NCBI GenBank assembly: GCA_017525905.1
Contig: JAFXSD010000007.1
Location: 3,531 to 67,530, forward strand
Length of the DNA stretch: 64,000 nucleotides
Direction: 5' to 3'
Source: Elusimicrobiota bacterium
GTDB taxonomy: Bacteria > Elusimicrobiota > Endomicrobiia > Endomicrobiales > Endomicrobiaceae
Numbering within the stretch: the first letter of the stretch is position 1; each line of letters begins with the position of its first letter. A program made the position numbers and the translations under genes. The notes under the pieces are model-generated. The model was not told the DNA's origin and ran no database searches. It worked only from the letters and a program-made list of their open reading frames with translations. Of the stretch, positions 36,468 to 46,534 are shown piece by piece.

Positions 36468-37730
36468 ATGAAAAAGAAAATGTTTACATTAATAATATCT
36501 TGTTTAGCGGGATTTGTTTGTTATGCAAATGCCGAAAGTTTAACTTGGCAAGATTGTATGGATATGGCAAACAAAACGAACAATACTCTTGTTATGGCAA
36601 AACAGGATTTGCAAATTGCCGAATACGATTATAATGTGATATTAAACAGATATTATCCGTCGGTAAATTTCAGGTATGGTTTTACAAGAAGCGGTAACGG
36701 ACATGCTTCAAACAATTGGAGTGCAAGTTTAAATGCTTCACAAACAATATACAATTTTCAATCAAACGCCCAAATACACAGTCAAAAAGCTACCATAAAC
36801 AGAACGGTTGCACAGCTTACAAAAACTTCCGCTGATGTTTATTATTCAATAAGACAATCTTTTTTACAAATGTGTTATGCTCAAGAGAATATAACGCTTT
36901 TGGAAAGTATTTATACAATGAGAAAACAGTCTGCCGATATTGTTCGATTACAATATGAGGGAGGAAAAGAAAGCAGAGGGAATATGTTAAAAGCTCAAGC
37001 GCAAAAACAGTCTGCTTATGTAAGTGTATCGAATGCCAAAAGAGATTTAACCGTTGCAAGAAGATCTCTTGCTCAAAATCTCGGAGCGGATTTAAGTCCG
37101 ATATGTACGGTGGATTATAAACTTTCCGAAGTTGAAGATAATGAAGATATAGATGTTGATAATGCGGTGGCAAATTGTCCCGATGTTATACTTTCGTCTG
37201 CATCGGTAGAAATAACAAAATATTCGGTAGATTCTTCCAAAGGAAATCTTTACCCGAATATTGCGGCTTCGGCATCAGTAGGAGTTTCGGATGATACCCA
37301 TCCAATACCGCCTGCCGACAGCAAAAATTGGAGTGTCGGTGTGTCATTGAATTACCCTTTATTTTCCGGAGGTTTGACAAGCACATTAAATACAATAAAA
37401 GCCGCAAACATAAATTTGGAGAAAGCAAAAGAAAATTACAGGCAAACCATACTCAATACAAAAACAAGTTTGGAGGAAGTTTTGGCCGATATAGAACGAA
37501 CAAAAGATAACATAAAAATATATCAAATGTTTTTGGAAGCAGCCACTCAAAGACAAAAAGAAGCAACAATAAAATATAGAGCGGGAACGATGGATTTTCA
37601 AACTTGGCAGGATATTGAACAGGAGTATGTAAATTACCGAATATCACACCTTTCCGCTTTACATAATTATAATTTAGCTTTGGCCAAAAGAGATAGACTC
37701 TTGGGTAACACTAACGGAGAAATAAAATGA
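36468..37730 (+). CDS. TolC-family outer membrane efflux protein
   Basis: It has a signal peptide and a two-repeat OEP architecture. It is the first gene of an efflux operon. Confidence 0.8.
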   Translation: MKKKMFTLIISCLAGFVCYANAESLTWQDCMDMANKTNNTLVMAKQDLQIAEYDYNVILNRYYPSVNFRYGFTRSGNGHASNNWSASLNASQTIYNFQSNAQIHSQKATINRTVAQLTKTSADVYYSIRQSFLQMCYAQENITLLESIYTMRKQSADIVRLQYEGGKESRGNMLKAQAQKQSAYVSVSNAKRDLTVARRSLAQNLGADLSPICTVDYKLSEVEDNEDIDVDNAVANCPDVILSSASVEITKYSVDSSKGNLYPNIAASASVGVSDDTHPIPPADSKNWSVGVSLNYPLFSGGLTSTLNTIKAANINLEKAKENYRQTILNTKTSLEEVLADIERTKDNIKIYQMFLEAATQRQKEATIKYRAGTMDFQTWQDIEQEYVNYRISHLSALHNYNLALAKRDRLLGNTNGEIK

Positions 37731-38725
37731 AAAAAGCAGCAATAATTTTTACTATACTTCTTGTGTTGGGAATAATAATCACTTATCAGCTTAGAGACAA
37801 AAAAGAAAGAGTTGAGGTTATAAATTATGTGCCGTATACTGTTTCTACGGCCGATGTAAAAGAGATTATTGATACAACCGGTGAAGTTTCGGCTTTGAAC
37901 AGAGTAGAAATAAAACCTTCCGTTTCCGGAAGAGTTGATAAACTCTTGGTTAACGAAGGAGATACGGTAAGAAAAGGACAAGTGTTGGCATATTTAAGTT
38001 CTTCCGACAGAGTGGCAATACTTGATGCCGTAAGATCCAATCCGAACGAAAACATAAAAGATTGGGAGAATACTTATAAAGCAACCCCGGTAATTTCACC
38101 TATGAACGGAAAAATAATTTTAAGAAATGTTGTTGAGGGTCAAACAATTTCAACAAACGATATTTTATATGCTTTGGCGGATGAGTTGATAGTTTTAGCA
38201 AGTGTTGACGAATCCGATATAGGTAAAATTAAAAACGGACAAAGAGCCGAAATAACACTTGATGCTTACAAAGATGTTTCAATAAACGGTAAAGTGTTCC
38301 AAATTTTGGAAGAAGGGAAAAATGTCAGCAATGTTATTACTTATTATGTAAAAATAAGACCTGAAAAAACTCCCGCCTTTTTTAAATCTTTGATGACGGC
38401 AAATATTGATATTATCGTAAAAGAACAAAAAGATGCCGCGGTTATTCCGTGGGACAGCTTTTCCGAAGACGAACAAGGGAATACTTATGTTTTGGTCGGT
38501 GATAATATGCAACAATCAAAACATATAATAACGACCGGAATTTTAGACGGAGATAATGTTGAAGTTACTTCCGGACTTTCAAAAGGTGATACGATTTTGG
38601 TTAGAAAAAGGAGATATAATATTTCCATGACGAAAGAAGAAACAAAAGGTTTCTTATCGATGGGACCGGGAAAGAGAAAAACCGGTAAAGATATTTTAAA
38701 TAACGGGCAGAACAAAAAAGCATAA
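37727..38725 (+). CDS. macA: Periplasmic adaptor (HlyD/MacA family)
   Basis: It has an N-terminal TM helix and the lipoyl/beta-barrel motifs GRVDKLLVNEGDTVRKGQVLA. The start overlaps the upstream stop as ATGA. Confidence 0.8.
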   Translation: MKKAAIIFTILLVLGIIITYQLRDKKERVEVINYVPYTVSTADVKEIIDTTGEVSALNRVEIKPSVSGRVDKLLVNEGDTVRKGQVLAYLSSSDRVAILDAVRSNPNENIKDWENTYKATPVISPMNGKIILRNVVEGQTISTNDILYALADELIVLASVDESDIGKIKNGQRAEITLDAYKDVSINGKVFQILEEGKNVSNVITYYVKIRPEKTPAFFKSLMTANIDIIVKEQKDAAVIPWDSFSEDEQGNTYVLVGDNMQQSKHIITTGILDGDNVEVTSGLSKGDTILVRKRRYNISMTKEETKGFLSMGPGKRKTGKDILNNGQNKKA

Positions 38726-38760
38726 ATGTTTTTGTTGTAAGAGCGGAGAAAATTTTTATA

Positions 38761-40719
38761 ATGGAAAAGCATGTACCATTATTATCAATAAAGAATATCA
38801 CAAAAGTTTATAATATCGGGGATAACAGACTTGATATTTTAAGAGGTATAAATTTAACCGTTGAAGAAGGCGAGTTTGTTGCAATCATGGGACCTTCCGG
38901 TTCGGGTAAGTCCACTCTGATGCATATATTGGGTTTGTTGGACAGGCCTACCGACGGTGTATATGAAATATATGGTGAAAATGTTTTAAAATTTAACGAT
39001 AATCAAACCGCATTTTTAAGATCAAAAATTATAGGTTTTGTTTTTCAACAATATAATCTTTTAAACAAAATGACTGCTGCAGACAATGTTGCTTTGCCTA
39101 TGGTATATTCCGGCGGTAAAGACAGAAAAGAAAAATCCGAAAAGTTGCTTGCGGAAGTAGGATTAAGCGACAGAACGGAACATAAACCTACACAACTTTC
39201 CGGCGGGCAACAACAAAGAGTGGCAATAGCAAGAGCATTGGTAAACGATCCGAAAATAATTTTTGCCGATGAACCTACGGGAAATTTATCATCGAAACAA
39301 TCCAACGAAATAATGCAAATATTAACGGACTTAAACAAAAAAGGTATAAGCGTTATTTTGGTTACACACGAACCCGACATTGCAAAATGGGCAGACAGGT
39401 TAATAATGATTAAGGACGGACAAGTTCTTTCCGATACCATTCAAAAGAAAAAAGAAAAGAAAGAAGATACAAAACCTTTAAAAATAAAAAAAGAAACATC
39501 TCATTTAAGTATGGCGGAATTTGCAGAAAACTTTTTTTCCGCATTAAGAGCAATTATTTCAAATAAAACAAGATCAATTTTAACAATGCTTGGTATTATC
39601 ATAGGTGTTGCTTCTATCATATCTATGTTAGCGCTCGGCAGCGGAGCACAAAAATCTCTTGAACAACAAATAACATCTATGGGTACCAATTTGTTATATT
39701 TAATGCCGGGACGAATTTCGTTGGGAGGTGTTTCCGGTTCTGTAGCCAGAAGAATATATTTAAAAGATGTTGATGCTCTTGCCGAAAATACGGAACTGAT
39801 AAAAAATATAGATCCCAATGTAAGCGGTTCGGCACAGGTGGTTTACGGTAACAAAAATACAAATACTTCAATTACGGGAGCAACTCCCGTTTATCAATAT
39901 TTACAAAATGCTGTTCCGCAATACGGAAGATTTTTTACAAGATCCGAAAACGAAAATTTATCTAAAGTGTGTGTAATCGGAACAACCGTAGTAAAAAATC
40001 TTTTCGGTAATGAAGACCCTGTAGGCAAATACATTAAAATTAACAGAAAACAGTTTAGAGTCATAGGCATTTTACCGGTAAAAGGCGCACAAGGTTACAG
40101 AGACGGTGACGACATGATAATAGTTCCGTTAAATACCGCAATGAAAAGATTGCTGGGAACGAATTATGTGTCTTCTGTTGCCGTTGAAGTTCAAGAAGGT
40201 AAAATGAGCGAGACGGAAACTTATTTGTTGAAAACAATGCTTGAGCGAAACAAGCTTACATCCGAACAGGCGGATGCTTTTAGAATAAGAAATATGTCGG
40301 ACATGATACAAATGCTTACTTCGACAACACAAACGATGACAATGTTGCTTGGAGCCGTTGCCGGTATTTCACTGATAGTCGGCGGTATAGGTATTATGAA
40401 CATAATGCTTGTAAGTGTAAGTGAAAGAACAAGAGAAATAGGTTTAAGAAAAGCTATAGGAGCAACGAAAATAGCAGTTCTTTTACAATTTTTAATAGAG
40501 TCATCCGTATTGTCGCTTTTAGGCGGAATACTCGGTGTAAGTTTAGGTGTTGCCATATCGGTTATAGTTTCTAAAATTGCCGGATGGGCAACTTTTGTGT
40601 CGTCTTTTTCCGTAGCTTTATCAGTGGGATTTTCTGCAATTGTAGGTATAGTTTTCGGATTGTGGCCTGCAAAGAAAGCATCGGAATTGTCACCGATAGA
40701 GGCTTTAAGACACGATTAG
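38761..40719 (+). CDS. macB: MacB-type ABC transporter (ATPase fused to an FtsX-like permease)
   Basis: It has GPSGSGKST, LSGGQQQRVAIARAL and IFADEPTG, followed by MacB_PCD and four TM helices with an FtsX C-terminus. Confidence 0.88.
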   Translation: MEKHVPLLSIKNITKVYNIGDNRLDILRGINLTVEEGEFVAIMGPSGSGKSTLMHILGLLDRPTDGVYEIYGENVLKFNDNQTAFLRSKIIGFVFQQYNLLNKMTAADNVALPMVYSGGKDRKEKSEKLLAEVGLSDRTEHKPTQLSGGQQQRVAIARALVNDPKIIFADEPTGNLSSKQSNEIMQILTDLNKKGISVILVTHEPDIAKWADRLIMIKDGQVLSDTIQKKKEKKEDTKPLKIKKETSHLSMAEFAENFFSALRAIISNKTRSILTMLGIIIGVASIISMLALGSGAQKSLEQQITSMGTNLLYLMPGRISLGGVSGSVARRIYLKDVDALAENTELIKNIDPNVSGSAQVVYGNKNTNTSITGATPVYQYLQNAVPQYGRFFTRSENENLSKVCVIGTTVVKNLFGNEDPVGKYIKINRKQFRVIGILPVKGAQGYRDGDDMIIVPLNTAMKRLLGTNYVSSVAVEVQEGKMSETETYLLKTMLERNKLTSEQADAFRIRNMSDMIQMLTSTTQTMTMLLGAVAGISLIVGGIGIMNIMLVSVSERTREIGLRKAIGATKIAVLLQFLIESSVLSLLGGILGVSLGVAISVIVSKIAGWATFVSSFSVALSVGFSAIVGIVFGLWPAKKASELSPIEALRHD

Positions 40720-40785
40720 TAATTTAATAAATTGAAAGATACATTTTAACTGAAAATTATAATTGGTTTGTAAGGGGGAAAAAAT

Positions 40786-41310
40786 ATGAAAAAATTTTTA
40801 AGTTTGGTATTAACATTATTTGTAAGCGGTGTGGTTTTTGCAGCACAACCTCAGGAAAACAAAGAAAATTCCATGTTTGAACCGTCACATCATAATCAAC
40901 AAAAAATGAAACAAGAGTTTGATAAAATAGCAAAAGAACTTAATATTACCGAAGAGCAGAAACAAAAAATGAACGAAATGATGAAAGCCGATATGTCGAA
41001 AAAAAGAGAATTGAGACAACAAATAAGAGAAAAGATGGATGCTGTTGATGAAGAATTGATGAAAGAAACAATTGATATGAACGAGATAAATAAATTGGCA
41101 GCCGAAATTCAACAAATAAATGCCGAAATTTCAAAAATAAACATTGAAAGCAAACTGAAAGTAAGAAGTGTTTTAAGTTTTGAACAATACACTAAAATGG
41201 AACAAAACAGAAAACAAATGATGGGAAAATTTAAAAGGGATATGTCTGACAAACAAGATAATAGTGATAAAGATAAAAAGGCACAAGATGTAAAAAAACA
41301 AAAGAAATAA
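40786..41310 (+). CDS. Periplasmic Spy/CpxP-family (LTXXQ-type) protein
   Basis: It has a signal peptide, the LTXXQ-like motifs ITEEQ and LSFEQ, and an all-helical charged sequence. Confidence 0.6.
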   Translation: MKKFLSLVLTLFVSGVVFAAQPQENKENSMFEPSHHNQQKMKQEFDKIAKELNITEEQKQKMNEMMKADMSKKRELRQQIREKMDAVDEELMKETIDMNEINKLAAEIQQINAEISKINIESKLKVRSVLSFEQYTKMEQNRKQMMGKFKRDMSDKQDNSDKDKKAQDVKKQKK

Positions 41311-41323
41311 TAAAGTTTTAATT

Positions 41324-41369
41324 AAAAAACAGCGAACGGTTTTCTTATTTTCGTTCGCTGTTTTTTTTG
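41324..41369. terminator. Bidirectional intrinsic terminator between convergent genes
   Basis: The perfect 10-bp stem ACAGCGAACG/CGTTCGCTGT is flanked by A6 and T8 runs. Confidence 0.85.
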
Positions 41370-41377
41370 TGATGTTA

Positions 41378-42319
41378 TTAATAAAGTGCGGCTTTTAAAT
41401 TGTTGTTTTTGCGGTTAAAAACTTTTTTAATAAATCTTTTACATTTTGCCGTCGGAGCATTATATTGTTTTAATTTATTTTTTATTTCTTTAATTTTTAG
41501 TTCTGCTGCTTTTTTACCTTCGTTTACCATCAAATTGAATTTGTTAAATTCAGACCACGATATGTTTTTTATGTTAGGTTCTATTATTACATCTGCTTGT
41601 TTTATAAGTATTTCATAGAATAAATGGCTTGCAATGAAGTTGCATCTGTTCATAATGTCTTTTGATTTTGTAGGCAAACTTTCCAATTTCTTTAATTTAC
41701 TTTTAACATCACTTGCCAAAACAAAGTCTGCTCCGAACATTTTAGCTACAGTTACGGGTGTAACATTTACATGAGCTCCATCGGTGTACCATACATCATC
41801 TATTTGTACCGGAGGAAATACGCCCGGAATTGATGACGATGCCAAAACAATTTTTCTTAAAGGCCCTTTTGTGAAAATTTTTTCTTTTCCGTTGGTAATA
41901 TCTGTTGCTACACAAGCGAAAGGAATAATTGTTTCGGAAATATCAACATCGGGGATTATTGTGTTAACTAAATCTTCTAAAATAGAATGAGACAAAAAGG
42001 CATTCCCGCCTTCTTGTGATCCGTATTTTACAAATTCTCTTGCTTTTCTTATTAAACTTCTTGCGGATGTTACCTGATTCTCATCCTGCATTTTTTGTAA
42101 ATTCATTTTTGAAAAAAGAATTTCTGAAAAATATTGTTTCAATGTTTTTTCTATCTTTTCCGGAGTTTCTCCCATAGCATACAGCGCACCTATAACGGAC
42201 CCCATGGAAGTTCCGGTAATATAATCAAATTTAATGTTATTTGATTCCATTACTTTCAAAACACCTATGTGTGCCAATGCTCTTGCCCCGCCACCGCCTA
42301 ATGCTATTGCTGTTTTCAT
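41378..42319 (-). CDS. Patatin-like phospholipase
   Basis: It has the oxyanion motif GGGGARALAHIG, the nucleophile GTSMGS, and a DGA-type Asp (YTDGAH). Confidence 0.85.
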   Translation of the reverse strand: MKTAIALGGGGARALAHIGVLKVMESNNIKFDYITGTSMGSVIGALYAMGETPEKIEKTLKQYFSEILFSKMNLQKMQDENQVTSARSLIRKAREFVKYGSQEGGNAFLSHSILEDLVNTIIPDVDISETIIPFACVATDITNGKEKIFTKGPLRKIVLASSSIPGVFPPVQIDDVWYTDGAHVNVTPVTVAKMFGADFVLASDVKSKLKKLESLPTKSKDIMNRCNFIASHLFYEILIKQADVIIEPNIKNISWSEFNKFNLMVNEGKKAAELKIKEIKNKLKQYNAPTAKCKRFIKKVFNRKNNNLKAALY

Positions 42320-43380
42320 TTTTCATTTGCTCCGTTCTTTTTTCCTAATTGTCCGCATGCTGCCCCTATATCCAAACCTTTAGGTTCTCTTATGTTAACC
42401 GTTATACCGTTCAATTTCAATATTTTTTTAAAATTTAATATTGATACTTGTAACGGCGTTTTATAATCAAAGCTGTTTGTCTCGTTATACGGAATAAGAT
42501 TTACTTGCACACTCGGATTTACAAGCCCGGCAACTTTCATAAGTCTTGCAAGTCTGTGAGCATCGGTTGAAGTATCATTGAAATCTCTTAATAAAATATA
42601 TTCTATTGTAACCCGTGAATTTGTTTTTTTCAAATAATATTTACATGTGTTAAGTAAGTCCGATATATTTGTACCGAAATTGTTCGGTATGATTTTTGTT
42701 CTTTGTTTATCATCGGTTGCATGAAGCGACAGAGCAAATCTCACTCCCAACATTTCATTAGCAAGATTTTTGATTGCAGGAATTATTCCCATTGATGAAA
42801 CGGTAATGTGTCTTTTGCCGATATTCATTTCTTTTTTTGAAATAAGTGTTTTTATTACGGAAATGAGATTTTTGTAGTTCAGCATAGGTTCGCCCATACC
42901 CATAAACAAAACACCGGAAATTCTTTCCTTTATATCGTTTTCTATGTGCAATATTTCTTCTAAAATTTCGCCTCTTGATAAGTTCCTTGTAAATTTTGTT
43001 TTACCGGACAAACAAAATTTGCAAGAAACGGGACATCCTACCTGTGTTGAAATGCAAACGGTTTTTTTGTTTTCACTTGGCAGACATACGGCATAAATAT
43101 ATTTGTTATCGTAAGTTTTAAATGTATAACGAACAGTTCCGTCCAATATTGATTCATCTTTAATAACCTTGGTAAAACTTCTCAAAATAAAGGAAGATTC
43201 CAAATTTCCTCTGATATCTTTTGATATATTTGTAAAATCGTTGAAATCCAAAACTTTTTTGGAATAAACCCACTGGATGATTTGATCCGTTTTGTAATTT
43301 TCTTTAACGAAAGGTTTTAAAACGGAATACAATTGTTTAGGCTCTATATCAAGGAAGAATTGTTTTTGTTGTTTTGTCAT
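42316..43380 (-). CDS. rlmN: 23S rRNA (adenine2503-C2)-methyltransferase RlmN (radical SAM)
   Basis: It has the CPVSCKFC radical-SAM cluster, GMGEPMLNY, and a C-terminal conserved Cys (GAACGQL). Confidence 0.9.
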   Translation of the reverse strand: MTKQQKQFFLDIEPKQLYSVLKPFVKENYKTDQIIQWVYSKKVLDFNDFTNISKDIRGNLESSFILRSFTKVIKDESILDGTVRYTFKTYDNKYIYAVCLPSENKKTVCISTQVGCPVSCKFCLSGKTKFTRNLSRGEILEEILHIENDIKERISGVLFMGMGEPMLNYKNLISVIKTLISKKEMNIGKRHITVSSMGIIPAIKNLANEMLGVRFALSLHATDDKQRTKIIPNNFGTNISDLLNTCKYYLKKTNSRVTIEYILLRDFNDTSTDAHRLARLMKVAGLVNPSVQVNLIPYNETNSFDYKTPLQVSILNFKKILKLNGITVNIREPKGLDIGAACGQLGKKNGANEK

Positions 43381-44258
43381 TAATATATTACCTTTGGTGT
43401 TTTATATTTGTCCTCTTTAATAACATTTGCCATTTCTTCAAGTTTTTTTATCCTGTCATCAATAGGAGGATGAGTGGAAAAAAGATTTTGTAAATCTTTT
43501 CCTTTAAGAGGATTAACTATAAACATGTGTGCCGTATTCGCAGAAACATTGTTCGGCTCTTTTGAATTACCGTAAGCCAACTTTCTTAAAGCCGAAGCCA
43601 AAGCCAAAGGATCATTTGAAATTTTTGCACCGTCGGAATCCGCTATATATTCTCTTGATCTTGAAATTGCCATTTGAATTAACGATGCGGCAATAGGAGC
43701 TAATATCATCAACAATAACGCTATTATAAAATTTGAATTGTTCTTACTGTTTCGTCCTCCGCTGAAATAAAAACCGAACCTGACAAGAGTCATAACCGCA
43801 CCTGCTAAAGTTGCTGCTATGCAACTGATTAAGATATCTCTGTTTTTTACATGAGACAGTTCGTGGGCAAGTACTCCTCTTAGTTCTCTGTCATCCAACA
43901 ATCTTAATATTCCTTCGGTAACGGCAACGGCGGCATGACTGGGATTTCTTCCGGTAGCAAAAGCATTGGGCATATTTGTGTTTATTTTATATATTTTTGG
44001 TTTGGGAATTTTTGCCGACAATGCAAGTTCTGAAACAATACTGTGTAACCGGGGATCTTGTTCCGGTGAAACTTCTTTTGCTTTGTATGATGCCAAAACT
44101 ATTGAATCCGAAAAAAAGTAAGATATGAAATTGGATACTATCGCAACAATTAAAGCGATCTGCATTCCTCGTACACCGCCTATAAGTTCACCGATAATTA
44201 AGAAGAAAACAGTCATAAGCAACAGAAGAAAAAAAGTTTTTATCGAATTGCCGTTCAT
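43380..44258 (-). CDS. htpX: Membrane zinc metalloprotease HtpX
   Basis: It has the HELSHV zinc motif, TM helices, and C-terminal STHPPIDDRI. Confidence 0.9.
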   Translation of the reverse strand: MNGNSIKTFFLLLLMTVFFLIIGELIGGVRGMQIALIVAIVSNFISYFFSDSIVLASYKAKEVSPEQDPRLHSIVSELALSAKIPKPKIYKINTNMPNAFATGRNPSHAAVAVTEGILRLLDDRELRGVLAHELSHVKNRDILISCIAATLAGAVMTLVRFGFYFSGGRNSKNNSNFIIALLLMILAPIAASLIQMAISRSREYIADSDGAKISNDPLALASALRKLAYGNSKEPNNVSANTAHMFIVNPLKGKDLQNLFSTHPPIDDRIKKLEEMANVIKEDKYKTPKVIY

Positions 44259-44515
44259 TTAATAACCTCTTGAGATAAAATACTTAGAACATTATACTAA
44301 ATGTTTTTAATTTTGTATATTTATATAAAATTTAATAAAATATAAGACTATAAAAAATAGTTTTTTTTTAATATAATAAAAAAACATTTATTATGTAAGT
44401 TAAAAGTGTAAATTTTTAAAGTGAAACAATTATGATATGTTAATAGTCTAAAGTTTGTACTTGTTGTAAAAATTTGCACAGTAAAAAGATAAGTAACTTA
44501 GAGGAGTTGTTAAAA

Positions 44516-45442
44516 ATGAAAGTTTGTAAATTGGTTGCATTGTTGTTTTGCAGTTTGTTAATTTTGGGTGCATGCAAAAAAGAAGAAAATTTTATTGCAA
44601 AGGTAGGTAATACAGGTATAACCGTAGAAGAATTTTCCGAAAGAGTTATGTCGGCACCTCCGTCATATCAAGCATATATTAATACGGAACCGGGCAAAAA
44701 ACAGTTTATTGATTTGCTTGTCAGAGAAAAACTTATGTTGGAATCGGCAAAACAGGCCGGAATTAACAAGAGAGAAGAATATAAAGATTCTATTGAAAGT
44801 TTTAAAGAGGATCAGAAAAGACAGTTGAAAGATTATGAAGACGGTTTAATGATAGAAATGTATATTAAAGATATTCAGGAAAATACCATATCCGCAAGTG
44901 AAGAAGAAGTTAACAAATATTATGAAGAACATAAACAGGATTTTACGAATCCTGTGGCAGTAGTTGCAAAGCATATTCTTGTTCCGACGAAAGAAGAAGC
45001 AGAGGAAGCTCTTGCAAGAATAAATAAAGGGGAATCTTTTGATAAAGTTGCACAAGAAGTATCTACCGATAAAATTTCCGCACAAAGAGGAGGAGAAATC
45101 GGGCCTTTCAGAAAAGGAGAACTTGTAAAAGAATTTGAAGCTGTTGTGTTTGATTTGAAAAAAGGTGAAATATCCGAAGTAGTTGAAACTCCGTTCGGGT
45201 TCCATATAATAACAAAGGTATCGGAAGAAATGTTACAACCGGTTCCGGAAGATGTTGCAAAAGCTGAAATAAAAAGTATTATAGAAAAAACAAAATTTGA
45301 AAAATGGTTTGAAGATACAAAGAAAAAGTTAAAAGTTTCCGTAGATTATTCGAAATTGGATAAGGTGGGCGGTTCTGATTTCGAAGAAGTTGTTGAAGAA
45401 CAGCAAGAAGAACAGGCAGCAGATGAAGAAAGTTCGAAATAG
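44516..45442 (+). CDS. Parvulin-type peptidyl-prolyl isomerase lipoprotein (PrsA/PpiD-like)
   Basis: I prefer the ATG at 44516, behind a GAGGAG Shine-Dalgarno. It has the lipobox LILGAC, a PpiC domain (HILV...GGEIGPF...FGFHII) and an acidic tail. Confidence 0.8.
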   Translation: MKVCKLVALLFCSLLILGACKKEENFIAKVGNTGITVEEFSERVMSAPPSYQAYINTEPGKKQFIDLLVREKLMLESAKQAGINKREEYKDSIESFKEDQKRQLKDYEDGLMIEMYIKDIQENTISASEEEVNKYYEEHKQDFTNPVAVVAKHILVPTKEEAEEALARINKGESFDKVAQEVSTDKISAQRGGEIGPFRKGELVKEFEAVVFDLKKGEISEVVETPFGFHIITKVSEEMLQPVPEDVAKAEIKSIIEKTKFEKWFEDTKKKLKVSVDYSKLDKVGGSDFEEVVEEQQEEQAADEESSK

Positions 45443-45481
45443 TATTTAAATTAGCATTTGATCGGAAGGAGGAAAAATAAA

Positions 45482-46531
45482 GTGAGAAAAATTTTAACAT
45501 TGGTATTTATGATGTGTTTTGTTGCAGGAATCGGTTTTGCAGAAGAAGTTGTAGATAAAACCCTTGCAATTGTTAACGGAGAACCTTTGATGAGTTCTGA
45601 GTTTAATAAGTTGCTTGAGCCTATGATTCAGCAATATAAGGCAATGTCTCCTGTAGAAGAACAAACAGATTCAAAAATAAATGAGTTGAAAAATCAAATT
45701 TTGGAACAAAGAATCGAACAGATGGTTCTTACGCAGGAAGCAAAAAAACAAAAAATAAAAATCGTACAAAGAGAATTGGATGAAGCCGTAAATCAGGTAA
45801 AGAAAAGATTTCCGAGTGACGATGTTTTTCAATCCGAATTAAAGAAAGAAGGTTTATCTTTGGTTCAATTTGAAAAGAGAATAGAAGAACAATTGATGGT
45901 TCAAAAACTTGTTGAAAAAGAAATGAAAGGCAATATAAAACAACCTACGGATGCAGAAATAAAAAAATTTTACGATAATGTAAGAGCTAAAATGAAAGGA
46001 GAAAAGTTAAACCTTTCCAAAGAAGAAGAAGAAACCGTAGATGCCGTTGCAAAACTTTTAAAAAGAATGTCATCCGAGCAGGTAAGATTGAATCAAATTT
46101 ATATTAAATGCGACAAAGGTGCAACTGCTCAAGAAAGAAAAGCCGCGGAAGCTAAAGTTGCCAATGTAAAGAAGGCTTTAGCCGGCGGAGCAGGTTTTGC
46201 CGAAACATCCGAAAAATATTCCGATGATGCTTTACTCAAACAAAGAAAAGGAGATATGGGCTTTGTTATAAAAGGAGATTTGGATAAAAGATTGGAAGAT
46301 AAAGCTTTCAGTATGACTGTAGGACAATATACCAAAGAGCCTATACAAAGTGATTCCGGTTATCATTTTTTAAGAGTAACCGAAAGCAGAGCAAGCCAAT
46401 CTTTTACATATGAAGATGTAAAAAATGATTTGGCGGAAGTTTTGTACAGACAAAACGGTAAAAAACTTTTCGATAAATGGGTAGACGGTTTAAAAGCAAA
46501 AGCAAATATAAAAAGAAACCAAGTTTGGTAA
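45482..46531 (+). CDS. surA: SurA-like periplasmic chaperone/PPIase
   Basis: I prefer the GTG at 45482, behind a GGAAGGAGG Shine-Dalgarno. It has a signal peptide, a SurA_N-like region and a parvulin domain (GDMGFV...SGYHFLRV). It lies upstream of pdxA, as in the E. coli surA-pdxA arrangement. Confidence 0.75.
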   Translation: MRKILTLVFMMCFVAGIGFAEEVVDKTLAIVNGEPLMSSEFNKLLEPMIQQYKAMSPVEEQTDSKINELKNQILEQRIEQMVLTQEAKKQKIKIVQRELDEAVNQVKKRFPSDDVFQSELKKEGLSLVQFEKRIEEQLMVQKLVEKEMKGNIKQPTDAEIKKFYDNVRAKMKGEKLNLSKEEEETVDAVAKLLKRMSSEQVRLNQIYIKCDKGATAQERKAAEAKVANVKKALAGGAGFAETSEKYSDDALLKQRKGDMGFVIKGDLDKRLEDKAFSMTVGQYTKEPIQSDSGYHFLRVTESRASQSFTYEDVKNDLAEVLYRQNGKKLFDKWVDGLKAKANIKRNQVW

Positions 46532-46534
46532 CAG

